A stretch of 63,933 bases of DNA, filler included, from Octopus bimaculoides (Eukaryota): the NCBI RefSeq assembly GCF_001194135.2. It is 6 parts of 5 records of this genome, joined end to end, with 100 filler letters (N's around TTAATTAATTAA, not from the genome) between each part and the next. Parts side by side here need not be neighbours in the genome. Positions count along the whole stretch, not along the records: positions 1 to 27,914 come from NC_068982.1; positions 28,015 to 37,810 come from NC_068981.1; positions 37,911 to 42,134 come from NC_068986.1; 3 more parts are not named here. One strand, written 5' to 3'. A model generated the notes under the pieces. It made no database searches. It had not been told where the DNA came from and saw only the letters and a list, made by a program, of their open reading frames with translations. Positions 26,693 through 38,723 of this stretch are shown here, in pieces. Position 1 is the first letter of the stretch, and every line of letters begins with the position of its first letter. A program made the translations under genes and the position numbers.

Positions 26693-26882
26693 TTGTCATA
26701 GTCGACTTTGCAGTATAGTTTTCGGTCTCGACAGAAACAAGACACAGATAGAGGTATATGGCACATTGAACACTGTAAACAATGCTCATGCCAAGAGTTT
26801 TCCATCACCTTCAGGAGAAAACGATCCTCGATAGGACGGTGGCATCCTGCACACATTTCCTTGGCAGCAGAGGGCATCCTTT
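26693..26882 (-). CDS. Lmx1: Internal coding exon of an Lmx1-type LIM-homeobox transcription factor (LIM domain 1)
   Basis: Translates (x)[62 protein letters not shown](K). This is a full C2-H-C-C2-C-D LIM pattern, and RPI.DRFL..V.E.SWHE.CLQC and [10 protein letters not shown] match LMX1A/B LIM1. Acceptor tttttaacAG at 26884-26883; donor GTAAGA at 26692. Phases 1 and 2, as in vertebrate LMX1 exon 2. Confidence 0.92.
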
Positions 26883-27220
26883 CTGTTAAAAAATAAAATA
26901 TTAAAGAACCGTTTTATTTACTCATTTAATACCGTCATATTTACAGTTGAATAGAAACACTTATGTTCCTTGATTCGCCTGTTTGAAAATAAACTTCTTG
27001 GTCTCTCTTGATGTTTCTGTTCTTTTCAGTTCTATTTCTACTTAGCCAAAAATATCTCTCAGTAATTTGTTATATAAATAGGACATTGCTTTGCAAAGAA
27101 AGTATTACTTAATCATCTTTAAATAGTTTATTAGTTGAATTATAAGAAAAGGTATAAAACATTTGGGTTAACGATTTAAACTGCAACAATTAGCAACGAA
27201 GCAATTAAGTATATAAATTA

Positions 27221-27451
27221 CTCTCTTTTACTCTTTTACTTGTTTCAGTCATTTGACTGTGGTCATGCTGGAGCACCACCTTTAGTCAAGCAAATCGACC
27301 CCAGGAATTATTCTTTGTAAGCCTAGAACTTATTCTATCGGTCTCTTTTTGCCGAACCGCTAAGTTACGGGGACGTAAACACACCAGCATCGGTTGTCAA
27401 CCGATGTTGGGGGACATACACAGACACACAAACTTACACACACACACACAC

Positions 27452-27492
<41 letters not shown>

Positions 27493-27632
27493 TACGACGG
27501 GCTTCTTTCAGTTTCCGTCTACCAAATCCACTCACAAGGCTTTGGTCGGCCCGAGGCTATAGTAGAAGACACTTGCCCAAGGTGCCACGCAGTGGGACTG
27601 AACCCAGAACCTTGTGGTTAGTAAGCAAGCTA
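27221..27632 (-). mobile_element. SINE family 2
   Basis: Collinear with 20112-20563; 5' head clipped. Confidence 0.9.
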
Positions 27633-28045
27633 AGATAAAAATAAGAACAAATTATAAAATACTAAACGAACATGTCTTCATCTAAGTTCTTAAATACATG
27701 ACATACGCATGGATACACATGTATTCTTACGATTTTGCACGCTTTTGCACGTTTTTGAGCATGAATCTTCATGAGTTTATTGTATATTATCATATCTGAT
27801 AAGGTTTGTAAGAAAAAAAAAAAGACGGGCAAGAAACTTATCACAATGGATCAAAGATGGATATATAAGTGTATATAGATATGCATACATACCTATATAT
27901 ATATATATATATATNNNNNNNNNNNNNNNNNNNNNNNNNNNNNNNNNNNNNNNNNNNNTTAATTAATTAANNNNNNNNNNNNNNNNNNNNNNNNNNNNNN
28001 NNNNNNNNNNNNNNTTTCAAAGAGATTCAAACAATACATATTACA

Positions 28046-28600
28046 CACAAGTTAAAAAGATTCCCAACAATTCAACTTCTCTGGTTGACATTAATACACC
28101 CACCCCCAATAGGGGCCTTAACTCCCACATTTTTCAGCTCCATGAGCTCCATTTTTCAGGAGCAAAATGTTGTTAGAGTCCACGTAGTGTCTTAGGCCAA
28201 AAAAACTTTTAACTTCTTGCATAGTTCGAGCCCACAGCAATATCATATCTCCTCCACTATTTCAGTATTACGTGTCAAAAGTGAAACAATAACATCACTC
28301 TACTGTAATGTCAGATACATTCACTTTAACACTGAAACTATTCCACTATTTCAGTATTACGTGTCAAAAGTGAAACAATAACATCACTCTACTGTAATGT
28401 CAGATACTTACACTTTAACACTGAAACTATTAAAGTGAGACTATACTCTCACATATATACAGGCATACTATAATACCTAAGTTAAAAACATTCCCAACAA
28501 TTCAATTTCTCTGGTTGACATTAACACACCCACCCCCAATAGGGGCCTTCATTCCAACATTTTAGAGCTCCATGAGCTCCATTTTTCAGGAGCAAAATCC
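28046..28600. repeat. Unclassified repeat with nested direct duplications
   Basis: A ~120-bp block at ~28046-28168 recurs at ~28478-28598. An 89-bp tandem pair lies at 28253-28341 and 28342-28430. Confidence 0.8.
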
Positions 28601-29225
28601 TTTTTACAGGTTTCAGAAGACTGAAATTTTGGAATATGTGCATGGATACATATCTCATGATTAGAATTTTTTAGGGTGTGTAAAGAGGGAAAGACCCCTC
28701 ATGTGCAATTTTCATGAAATATGCCATACTGCGTTCGATGGTTTTTGCTTGTTTACTTGAAGAATGTCCAAGTCAAGTGAAAGGTGAGCATAGGGTAATT
28801 AGGTCAAGACATGAAGACAGAATGGGAAAGGGTATAGAGGAGAGATAGAGGTGGAGAATGGTAGCGGTATATTTTTTTGGTCAGTTGATCTTACAGGATA
28901 GAGGGGATGAGCATATAGAGTGAAGGAGGAATGGGGAGATGAGGTTAAAAGGTCTAGTGAGTAGGAAGGAATGCGCGTATGTAGTATATAGGTGGTGGGG
29001 GTATGAGTGATAAATCAAGGACAGAGATGAAGGGAGAGATGGGTGGGAAAGGTAGTTAGTAGTATCATATTCTAGAATGCAGCCAAACCTATTTATAGAC
29101 GGTGGAATGGGATTGAAAGAAACAACGTAGTCTGTATGCGTTGGTGGTGTTGTTGTGAATTAGAGTATAGAGGAAATAGATTTGGGGATATATATATGTG
29201 GTGATATGATCGAGAGGAAATAATC

Positions 29226-30218
29226 CTATTTAAAAGATGGTAAAAGGTGGATGTTTTTGCCAGGTTGAATAGGTTGCCTGTGGTGGGTCGTGTGATTATG
29301 TTGCGTGATCGTTTGTGCAATTTTGCTTGTGATAGAACTTAAATGTATGGAAAGAGCGCGGTGATTGCAGTTGCTAAACGCTTCGTTATATCGATTAAGT
29401 AGAGTGGGAGAATTGTATTTTAAAATATGGAATGCCTCCATTAGGCAAAGCTTGCAGTTGGAGCGCTGACCCTGGTATGGAGTTCCAGAATCTAAGATGG
29501 ACCATTTTAAAGTGTATTGGGTATTTTTGCTTTTGAGGTGATGAATATGATTGGCTAATGTTGTAGATTTACTGTGTTTGTCGTATCTAAAAGAGTGCAA
29601 ATGGGCTGTGTAGCGATGTTTGAAGTTTTTAGTTGCACCTATGTATGTAGCAGTAGAGTTATGTAATAGATTTCTCACGGTGCATTTATATATTACATTG
29701 TATCTTACGCAATGTGTTTGAAGTGGACAGATAGTCCCGGAGCGACAGTTACAAGTGTAGGAGGCTAGAGGGTTGCGTATGCTGGTGGGTGAGTTATTAT
29801 TATTGGAGGATATGTTATTGGGAGATGTGTAGGAATCTAGATAAATGGAATTATTGTTATGGCTATTTGTCCTATCAATGTTATTATTGGTATTGTTATT
29901 ATCTAGAGTATTAATGGGTTGGGATCCATTGTGGTTTTGTTCTAGTGTACGAGCGTTAGTGTTAGAAGAATGTATATTAATGTCCGTGTTGGGTGTATGT
30001 GTGGGTCGGGTGCTGGCGCTAGCGTAGTTATGGTTGCTTAGGTTTTGGTAATAACGCGAGAGTTTATGTTTGTTAGAAGCTGCTATAGTAGATTCAAAGT
30101 TAGGAGTGGTAGAATACGACAATTTTAAAGTGGATCTGTTGAATGTAGAGTGGTATTTGTGTTGTCGTGGGAAGTTAGAATCTAGTATTTTAAAGAAAGA
30201 TTTGGCTAGGTTCCTAGT
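29226..30218 (-). mobile_element. Penelope-like retroelement (Naiad-type): RT thumb plus GIY-YIG endonuclease ORF, cut by a gap
   Basis: Open frame from the gap edge to the stop at 29226. Reads NLAKSFFKILDSNFPRQHKYHSTFNRSTLKLSYS, CNCR...CPL...C, VIY...YIG (GIY-YIG), FKHRY..H..SF, CKLCLMEA.HI, LLNRYNE...CNHR. Confidence 0.88.
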
Positions 30219-31004
30219 NNNNNNNNNNNNNNNNNNNNNNNNNNNNNNNNNNNNNNNNNNNNNNNNNNNNNNNNNNNNNNNNNNNNNNNNNNNNNNNNNN
30301 NNNNNNNNNNNNNNNNNNNNNNNNNNNNNNNNNNNNNNNNNNNNNNNNNNNNNNNNNNNNNNNNNNNNNNNNNNNNNNNNNNNNNNNNNNNNNNNNNNNN
30401 NNNNNNNNNNNNNNNNNNNNNNNNNNNNNNNNNNNNNNNNNNNNNNNNNNNNNNNNNNNNNNNNNNNNNNNNNNNNNNNNNNNNNNNNNNNNNNNNNNNN
30501 NNNNNNNNNNNNNNNNNNNNNNNNNNNNNNNNNNNNNNNNNNNNNNNNNNNNNNNNNNNNNNNNNNNNNNNNNNNNNNNNNNNNNNNNNNNNNNNNNNNN
30601 NNNNNNNNNNNNNNNNNNNNNNNNNNNNNNNNNNNNNNNNNNNNNNNNNNNNNNNNNNNNNNNNNNNNNNNNNNNNNNNNNNNNNNNNNNNNNNNNNNNN
30701 NNNNNNNNNNNNNNNNNNNNNNNNNNNNNNNNNNNNNNNNNNNNNNNNNNNNNNNNNNNNNNNNNNNNNNNNNNNNNNNNNNNNNNNNNNNNNNNNNNNN
30801 NNNNNNNNNNNNNNNNNNNNNNNNNNNNNNNNNNNNNNNNNNNNNNNNNNNNNNNNNNNNNNNNNNNNNNNNNNNNNNNNNNNNNNNNNNNNNNNNNNNN
30901 NNNNNNNNNNNNNNNNNNNNNNNNNNNNNNNNNNNNNNNNNNNNNNNNNNNNNNNNNNNNNNNNNNNNNNNNNNNNNNNNNNNNNNNNNNNNNNNNNNNN
31001 NNNG

Positions 31005-31037
<33 letters not shown>

Positions 31038-31064
31038 TCATATATATATATATATCTATATATA

Positions 31065-31113
<49 letters not shown>

Positions 31114-31221
31114 TCGTTTACATATTTGTTTTGCAAGATTTTTGATGTAAAATCGTGTGTTGAAACAGATGTTGTTGTACTTGGGGATGGTCATATTGCC
31201 AGTTTAGCCAATATATATTCA

Positions 31222-31254
<33 letters not shown>

Positions 31255-31560
31255 ATATTCATGTATATATTTTTATATATATTTATGTACTAATGTATGT
31301 TGAGAGATTATATATATATTTATGGACTAATGTACATTGAGAGATTTTATATATATATATATTTATATACAAAATTTACATTGAGAGACTTTATTAACCT
31401 AATCTGCTTTTAGGTGATTTCTGTAGTTATCATCAGTGTAATTCTTGGTGATTTAAATAAGAATTTTGACTGTTATTTCCAGCAGGCAGACATAGTATGT
31501 CCTTCAATTAATTTTAATTTTAATCCTTCAGCTATATAATTATGAATATATATATATATA

Positions 31561-33922
31561 TCACCTTGACCTTAACCGACCAGTCCGTTGGGCGTCCATT
31601 TGACACTGCTGGTCACAGCATGCTGTTCACCCCTCATTGGATCGTGCCTTCCTCATCCATGTGGTCCCAATCGCCCTCCTAAAATCGTAACGCCACCATC
31701 CTGGAGGCCTTCTGACTGGTCGTTTCCGCTCAAATGGGTACCACTCGACAACTGCGCGGGTCTACCGATTATCGGTGAGCCGGACGATGTGTCCAGCCCA
31801 TCTAAACTTGCTGTGAGTATATCCTACGATGACATCCCTCATGCCTGACTTCTGACTAATGAAGAAAGAAGAGGAAAAATATGAAGAGGACTATTGAAGA
31901 TCACCTTGAATATTCCCTTCTCAGCAGAGTGATTCATCAGTAACTGAAGAGAGACTTTGAGGCATACCGGATGGAAAAGCTGAAGGCCACAGAGGAAAAG
32001 AAAAGCTTCAAGAAATGCAAGAGGGACATGGCACTATATAGATCGGAGGTGACGGCCCTGAAGAATACAGATGGTGTACCAGTCAATGATAAGAGCGAGA
32101 TGAAAAAAGTTTGATAAGACTTCTACACCAAGCTCTTCAAGTCTACTAGAAATGTCCAGCCATTACCACCACTCCAACAGGAAGAAAATGTGCCACCTAT
32201 CCTTGTCAGTGAGGTCAAAAGAGCTATCGGATTGATGAAAAACGGAAAGGTGCCAGGGAAAGATGGTATAACATCAGAGGTGTTAAAGTCAGGCAGAGAG
32301 CAGCTGTGGAAAATCCTCGCCGAGCGATTCACACACTACCTAGATGAGGGAAGAATTCCCTCACAGTGGAAAGATTCAAATACCATCCTGCTATATAAGA
32401 AGGGCGATAGAAAAGATCTAAAGAACTACCAACCCATTTGCCTGCTGTCTCACGTGTACAACTTGTTCACAAAGATAATTCTGAACAGGTTGTCACGTTA
32501 TCTTGACGAACAACAACCGAGGGAGCAAGCTGACTTCCGGAAGAACTACAGCACGATGGACCATATATTTACTCTAACACAACTGCTTGAGTGAGCGAAT
32601 GAGTACAAGCTGCCTCTTTGCATTGCGTTTGTAGACTATGAGAAGGCCTTCAACAGCGTTGAAACTAACGCAATGCTGAACTCACTACAGGGGCAAAGAG
32701 TCGAGGCGCAATAGGAAGGCAAATTCTGGATGCACCACCAACATAACTCTGCTGTCATCACCCATACGAGTGCCGGTCGAGAAGGGAGTGAAGCAAGGAG
32801 ACACGATCTCTCCAAAACTTTTCACCACATGTCTCGAGCAGATCTTCAGAGGCATCGACTGGCAAGGCAGTGCCAACATCAATGGCAAGCTACTCACCCA
32901 CCTCTGTTTTGCTGATGACATCGTAATCATCGCTGAAACCACGGATCAGCTTCAGACCATGCTGATGGAGCTCGACATCAAAAGCTCTGCTGCAGGTCTC
33001 AAGATGAACCGCATGAAAACAAAGGGTTCATGCGGTCCGACAATGTACCAACAGGTTGAATGATGGTTGGCAGTGATGAAATAGAGGAGGTAAAGGAATA
33101 TGTCTGCCTGGGACAGGAAGTGAATATGTGCCAAGACATCGAAAAGGAGATCTCGCAGAGAATAAAGGCCGGATGGAAGGCGTTTAATGGCATAAGGGAT
33201 GTGCTCAAGGGAAGGTTGGACAGGACCACCCATGCCAACCTCATAAAAAGCACAGTTCTACCAGCAATATTATATGGTAGTAAAACATGGGCTACAACAA
33301 AGAAAGAAGAGCAGAGATTGGTAACGGCTCAAAGCGCCATAGAGAGGTCAATGCTTGGAATTTCATTGAGAGAGCACATCAGTAGCATGGTCTGATACTC
33401 CCCTCCTTTTTCTGGCGGGTCTTGCACAGCCCTAACACATCGCACCTGATCTTCTTCCTCTCCTCCATTAGGTGGTTCAGTTCTTGCCACCCTGCCAAGG
33501 ATCTGCAGTTGTAGGTGCATATGGCAAGGTTAGTCCTTTTCCATGACGGCTCACGGGTACTTATGATTCTTAGCAGCCTCTTGTTGCTCGGGTTGTACTC
33601 TGCTGTCATGGAGTGGCCTGATTGACGTGCTGGCTACTGAGGCTTTTTTCTTTTTCTCTTCGTTCTTTGTGCTGTTTTAGCCATAAGATGACGCCATCCC
33701 ACAAGCTAGGTGGGCAGCCCGACATTTTCTTGGATGGTCATTCACTGTTCAGGAGTTCATCCACCCTTTGATAGGTCTTATTTTTCATCCCACAGGGTGT
33801 CCAGCAACACCCTCCTCCCCAAGTGAGCCTGGTGGAGTTGTCAATTTAGTCGCCGACAACCCGACCATGCTACAGGTTGCACTGGATTACATGTTACCAG
33901 TAGCACTCTAGAGCGACCTGAC
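31561..33922 (-). mobile_element. RTE-clade LINE, rearranged: 5' UTR/APE start (-, 33386-33922), inverted RT (+, ~31857-33385), 3' end (-, 31561-31856)
   Basis: APE start TYNCRSL..DVLGL on minus; RT KVPGKDG/KGVKQGD/FADD on plus with stops and frameshifts; C-terminus KFRWAGHIVR..KRP on minus. TA tracts on both flanks. Confidence 0.88.
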
Positions 33923-33940
33923 ATGTATGTATATATATAT

Positions 33941-34110
33941 CATCATCATCATCATCATCATCGTTTAACGTCCGCTTTCCATGCTAGCATGGGTTGGACG
34001 ACTTGACTGAGGACTGGAGAAACCGGATGGCAATACCAGGCTCCAATCTAAATTTGGCAGAGTTTCTACAGCTGGATGCCCTTCCTAACGCCAACCACTC
34101 AGAGAGTGTA
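33941..34110 (-). mobile_element. 3' fragment of another retroposon ending in (GAT)n
   Basis: Minus strand ggttggcgttaggaagggcatcc...catggaaagcggacgttaaacgatgatgat. Single copy here; recognised from memory of invertebrate SINE/RTE tails. Confidence 0.5.
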
Positions 34111-34134
34111 GTTCTTAAATAAATATATAAATAC

Positions 34135-34173
<39 letters not shown>

Positions 34174-34224
34174 NNNNNNNNNNNNNNNNNNNNNNNNNNA
34201 TATATTTATGTATTTATATATTTA

Positions 34225-36480
34225 TTTCTTTATGCGTTTCAGCCAAGTGACTGTGGTTATGCTGGAGCACCACCATGACTTTCTGTCTTTATGCTGTGCT
34301 CTCTGAACGTTCCTTGCATGGCTCTTCTCCATCACCTGATGTAGTCCAATCAAGAGTTTTGATGGCATATCTGGTGTATAAGAGAATTAGACATTGCTGT
34401 CTTCAACTGTGTCTCATTTTGAGCCATTGGTTCGTCTGGTATAGTGGATAGGAAAATGTCGAGTTTTGTTTTCAAGACCTCTGTATCCGTGTCTTGCAGG
34501 TCTCTCATTTGTTTTAGCAGGGCATTAAAGAGCTGAGGTCCTCTGAAACCGAGGCTGTTGCAGTACCAAGTTCTTATGTGAGATGCAGTGGACAGTACCC
34601 TTGGTACTATGCAGTGGCGACCTGTGCGGGTATTCCTGTAGTACTTGATGCCAAAGTTTGGTACCAGTCCTTCCAGTATTTTCCATATGTAAATTATTGC
34701 ATATCTCTACCACCTGCACTCCAGGGAGTAGAGACTTAGTGCCTTCAGTCGCTCCCTGTAGTTCATCTGCTGGACTGTGGTGATCTTTTTTGTATAGTGA
34801 CGCTGAATTGCCTTGAGTTCTACTGTCTGCTTGACACTGTGTGGTGACCACAGCTGAGAGCAATAGTCTAGGCGGCTCAAAACAAATGTCTTCCATAGAG
34901 TCAACATGACTTTTTGATCCCTTGTTCTGAATGTCCTCAGTATCCACCCTGCCAGTTGTCTGCACTTTGCTGTCAACTTGACAATATGCATGTGAAATAA
35001 TGCATCACTACACATGTTGATGCCCAGGTCTCTTACTGTTTGTGGTTCTGGGATTGCAGTACCTCCAGGTCCTGTGTATGCCAGGGGCGGGGGTAGGGGC
35101 TTGTAGTGCAGTACTTGAATTTTTTTAGCATTGAACTGCATATTATTTTGCTCTGCCCACTTGTATATTGAATTTAGGTCATTTTGCAAGTTTATGACAT
35201 CATCAGGATTCTTTATTGCCTGAGATAGTTTTATGTCATCAGCGTAGCTAGTGACAATGGCTGTCCGAGTGACTGTGGGCATGTCTAGAAGGGCTACTAT
35301 GAACAGTAGTGGCCCCAGGACAATTCCTTGTGGAACACCGCTCAATATTTGCATTTCCCTAGATAATTCTCCATTGGCTGCAACTGTCTGACTTCTACCA
35401 TTCAGGAAGTCATGCAGCCACTCTCCTAATTTACCAGCTATGCCAAGGTTTCGCAGCTTGTGACATATCAAGCCATGATCAACTTTGTCAAAGGCTTTTG
35501 AAAAGTTGAGATATATCACATCAACACTTGAATGGTCAAGCAGCTGCTTCAGGACCCAGTCATAATGCTGCAAGAGCTGTATGAGGCAGCTTCTACCTGA
35601 ATGGAAACCATGCTGGGTCTCATTCAGCAAGTCATTCTCTTCTAGGAATGCAATCAACCTCCTTCTGACAATTCGTTCCATGACTTTGTTAATATGTGAA
35701 GTCAGAGAGATGGGCCTGTAATTCCTAGCCTCTTTATGGATAGGACATATGATGCCTTCCTTCAGCTTTTTGGCAAGTTTACCACTTGCAAAGAAACTCT
35801 GGAAGAGTATCCGGAGTGGTCCCACTAATTCTTGTTTACATGGCTTTAGGAGGACAGCTGGGAAACCATCAGGGCCAGTTGCCGAATTTGAGCTCATTTC
35901 GTTTATGGCAGCTATTACATCTTCCTCTTCAATGTCAATGTAGGTAATGGATGCAGTCTTTTCTGCTGAGTGCTATTGTCAAAGAAATCAGCTGGGTTCT
36001 TTATCTGCATGTAACTCAGAGGAGAAGTGAAGACACTCTTGAATTGTGCACTGAGCACTTCACCTATCCATGTGGGGTCCGCAGTCAGTTGCAGGAATAT
36101 GGGTCCTATTTTGTACTGTGCCATGGCAGTCTCCTTTGCAAATCTATAGAAAGCATTGGGGTTTGTTTTTATGCTTTCTACTGCTCTCTTTTCCTTCCCC
36201 GCTCTCTCCTTTTCATGAGAGAGTTTGATTTTATTTTCTATTTCTAACAGTGTTAGTTATAATTTAGCCCTTTTCCTATTCTCCATTTCTCTATTCATCT
36301 GGTTTGAGACCTCTGTTCTATGTCTCATAAGGATTTTCCTGTCTCTAGGAATTCTATTGGCATGTTTGCTGGCCTTTCTTTTTGGCACATATATGGCGCA
36401 TGTGTCTTGTATGGTTGACATAAAATGACTTAGTTTGAGGTCATTGTCTTGTATAGAAAAGCTGTCATGCCAGTTTTGAT
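34225..36480 (-). mobile_element. 5'-truncated CR1-clade LINE with near-intact RT (ORF 34707-35897)
   Basis: GPDG, NYRPISLTS, QHGF, FSKAFDKVDH, SGVPQGIVLGPLLF, YADD, VRDLG, SRLDYCSQLWSP. Frameshifted up- and downstream continuations; short 3' UTR. Confidence 0.93.
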
Positions 36481-36631
36481 TTCGAATCTCTTTGCGAATA
36501 TATATATGTATATATATATATTTATATATATATGTATGTATTTATATATATAGGTATATATATTTATATATATACATATTTATATGTATATACATTTATA
36601 TATATATACATATATATTTATATGAATATAC

Positions 36632-36675
<44 letters not shown>

Positions 36676-37081
36676 CTATATTAATATGTATATACATTTA
36701 TATATATACATATATATATATAAATATACATGTATATATATTTATATGCATATATATATAATATATAAATTTATATATATTTATGTATATATATATATAT
36801 TTATATATATATAAATTTAAATATATATAAANNNNNNNNNNNNNNNNNNNNNNNNNNNNNNNNNNNNNNNNNNNNNNNNNNNNNNNNNNNNNNNNNNNNN
36901 NNNNNNNNNNNNNNNNNNNNNNNNNNNNNNNNNNNNNNNNNNNNNNNNNNNNNNNNNNNNNNNNNNNNNNNNNNNNNNNNNNNNNNNNNNNNNNNNNNNN
37001 NNNNNNNNNNNNNNNNNNNNNNNNNNNNNNNNNNNNNNNNNNNNNNNNNNNNNNNNNNNNNNNNNNNNNNNNNNNNNNNNN

Positions 37082-37125
<44 letters not shown>

Positions 37126-37771
37126 TTATAGAAATATAAAAATATAAAAGGAACAAAAATACTGGAGATTCAGTATACAACACCTGGCAAAATTTTGAGT
37201 TGAAAATATGTGGAAGAGAAATACCTTCATTTCACATAGTTTAATATCTTTTTATAAAGAAATTTTTTTTAAATATATACATATTTTATGGTTCTTGTGA
37301 TATCCAATCGGTTTTCACTATTTAAATTAGCTTTTCAAGAGACATTATTTTGTAATCAAATCTTGTCAGAAAGGGATCTTGCCATTTTGGATGCTTGAAA
37401 AATAACAATGAGTCTAGAGAGTAGACCAAGGGAGGCAACAGGTGGCAAGGGGGGCAACTAACACCTAAGTATAATTTTTGAAGTGATTAAGTTTGTATAT
37501 TAAGGTATCGTCTGTACTTTTGTATGAACAGGTTTTCTTTGTTTAGACGTTCTTATAAGGAGATTGAATCTTTGCATTGGTATAAAGGAAAGATATGGAA
37601 ATTCGGCATTTTATTTCTTGTGCATCTGTCGATATGTTTGGTCAGGCCTATCTGCCTGTATTGAAGAAAACAAATTTTTTCTTTATGCAGCGTGATTCTG
37701 CGTCTCAAAGTAAGGCTCATTTGGCCCACATAATAGTGGCTACAACCTGAGCAGGTTAGGACATGTATATA

Positions 37772-37810
<39 letters not shown>

Positions 37811-38723
37811 NNNNNNNNNNNNNNNNNNNNNNNNNNNNNNNNNNNNNNNNNNNNTTAATTAATTAANNNNNNNNNNNNNNNNNNNNNNNNNNNNNNNNNN
37901 NNNNNNNNNNATCACTGGAACTGTAAAAATCTGTAAAAGTTTCCTGAAGTTTATCATTTAAATATATATGAGCATGTCTAGAAATGCAACTATATGCATG
38001 AGACATAAAACATACAGATTTGCACATACAAACATACATACCTGTAATTATTGGAGCCCTAGGATATGTAACACACTGCCTTAATATTAATCTTGAGAAA
38101 ATAGGCTTCTCAAAAGCAGAAAGGAGAAAGCTAATTTGAAGACTACAGATACAATCCATCACTGGAACTGTAAAAATCTGTAAAAGTTTCCTGAAGTTTA
38201 TCATTTAAATATATATGAGCATGTCTAGAAATGCAACTATATGCATGAGAAGACACATAAAAACATACAGATTTGCACATACAAACATACATACATACAT
38301 ATGTTGCCCCCTTGTGGGCAAGAAAGAAATAATTATTATGTACCTTATATTGTACCTTATTTATATATAAAACACTGCAATTAGCCATCATTATTGACGG
38401 CACGTGGGTCAGCTAGTTATTTTATAATGAATTTAACATTTGATAGTCGCAGTCCACATCACACTCATAAGCCAAATTCTTTTCACTGAAGGATGTTCAA
38501 TAAAAGATTCAACATTGATTACAGCCCTGACAGCCATGTGGATGCAAAAGATACAGGACATAATAAAGACATCTCCAATATCTCATACAAACGAGGTATC
38601 GTTTCTTTTCTTGTTCGTCTCCTCATGCTTTTTACTCTACTTTGACGAAGAGTTCACCATCCGAAACGTCATTACACTTCTTCTCCTCACCCATTACCTT
38701 TTATTGTTTTTTGGCATACAATT

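Noticed and set aside
26689-26877. 62-aa ORF as a standalone LIM-only protein
   Set aside because: The stop lies just inside a canonical GTAAG donor; it is an internal exon.
27959-27970. TTAATTAATTAA islands inside N runs (also 37855, 42179, 54949, 62376), superficially LIM-homeodomain or PacI sites
   Set aside because: Each is centred in 44 N + 12 + 44 N = 100 bp. This is an artificial scaffold-join spacer with stops in all frames; distance and orientation across these points are uncertain.
28680-29225. SECIS element or hammerhead downstream of the Naiad-type ORF
   Set aside because: No convincing RUGA/GA core with AA loop and no CUGANGA-GAAA core seen by eye; no in-frame TGA in the visible ORF.
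37911-38300. ~130-bp near-identical direct repeat, 249 bp apart
   Set aside because: Starts exactly at a contig edge; an assembly or haplotype artefact cannot be excluded.
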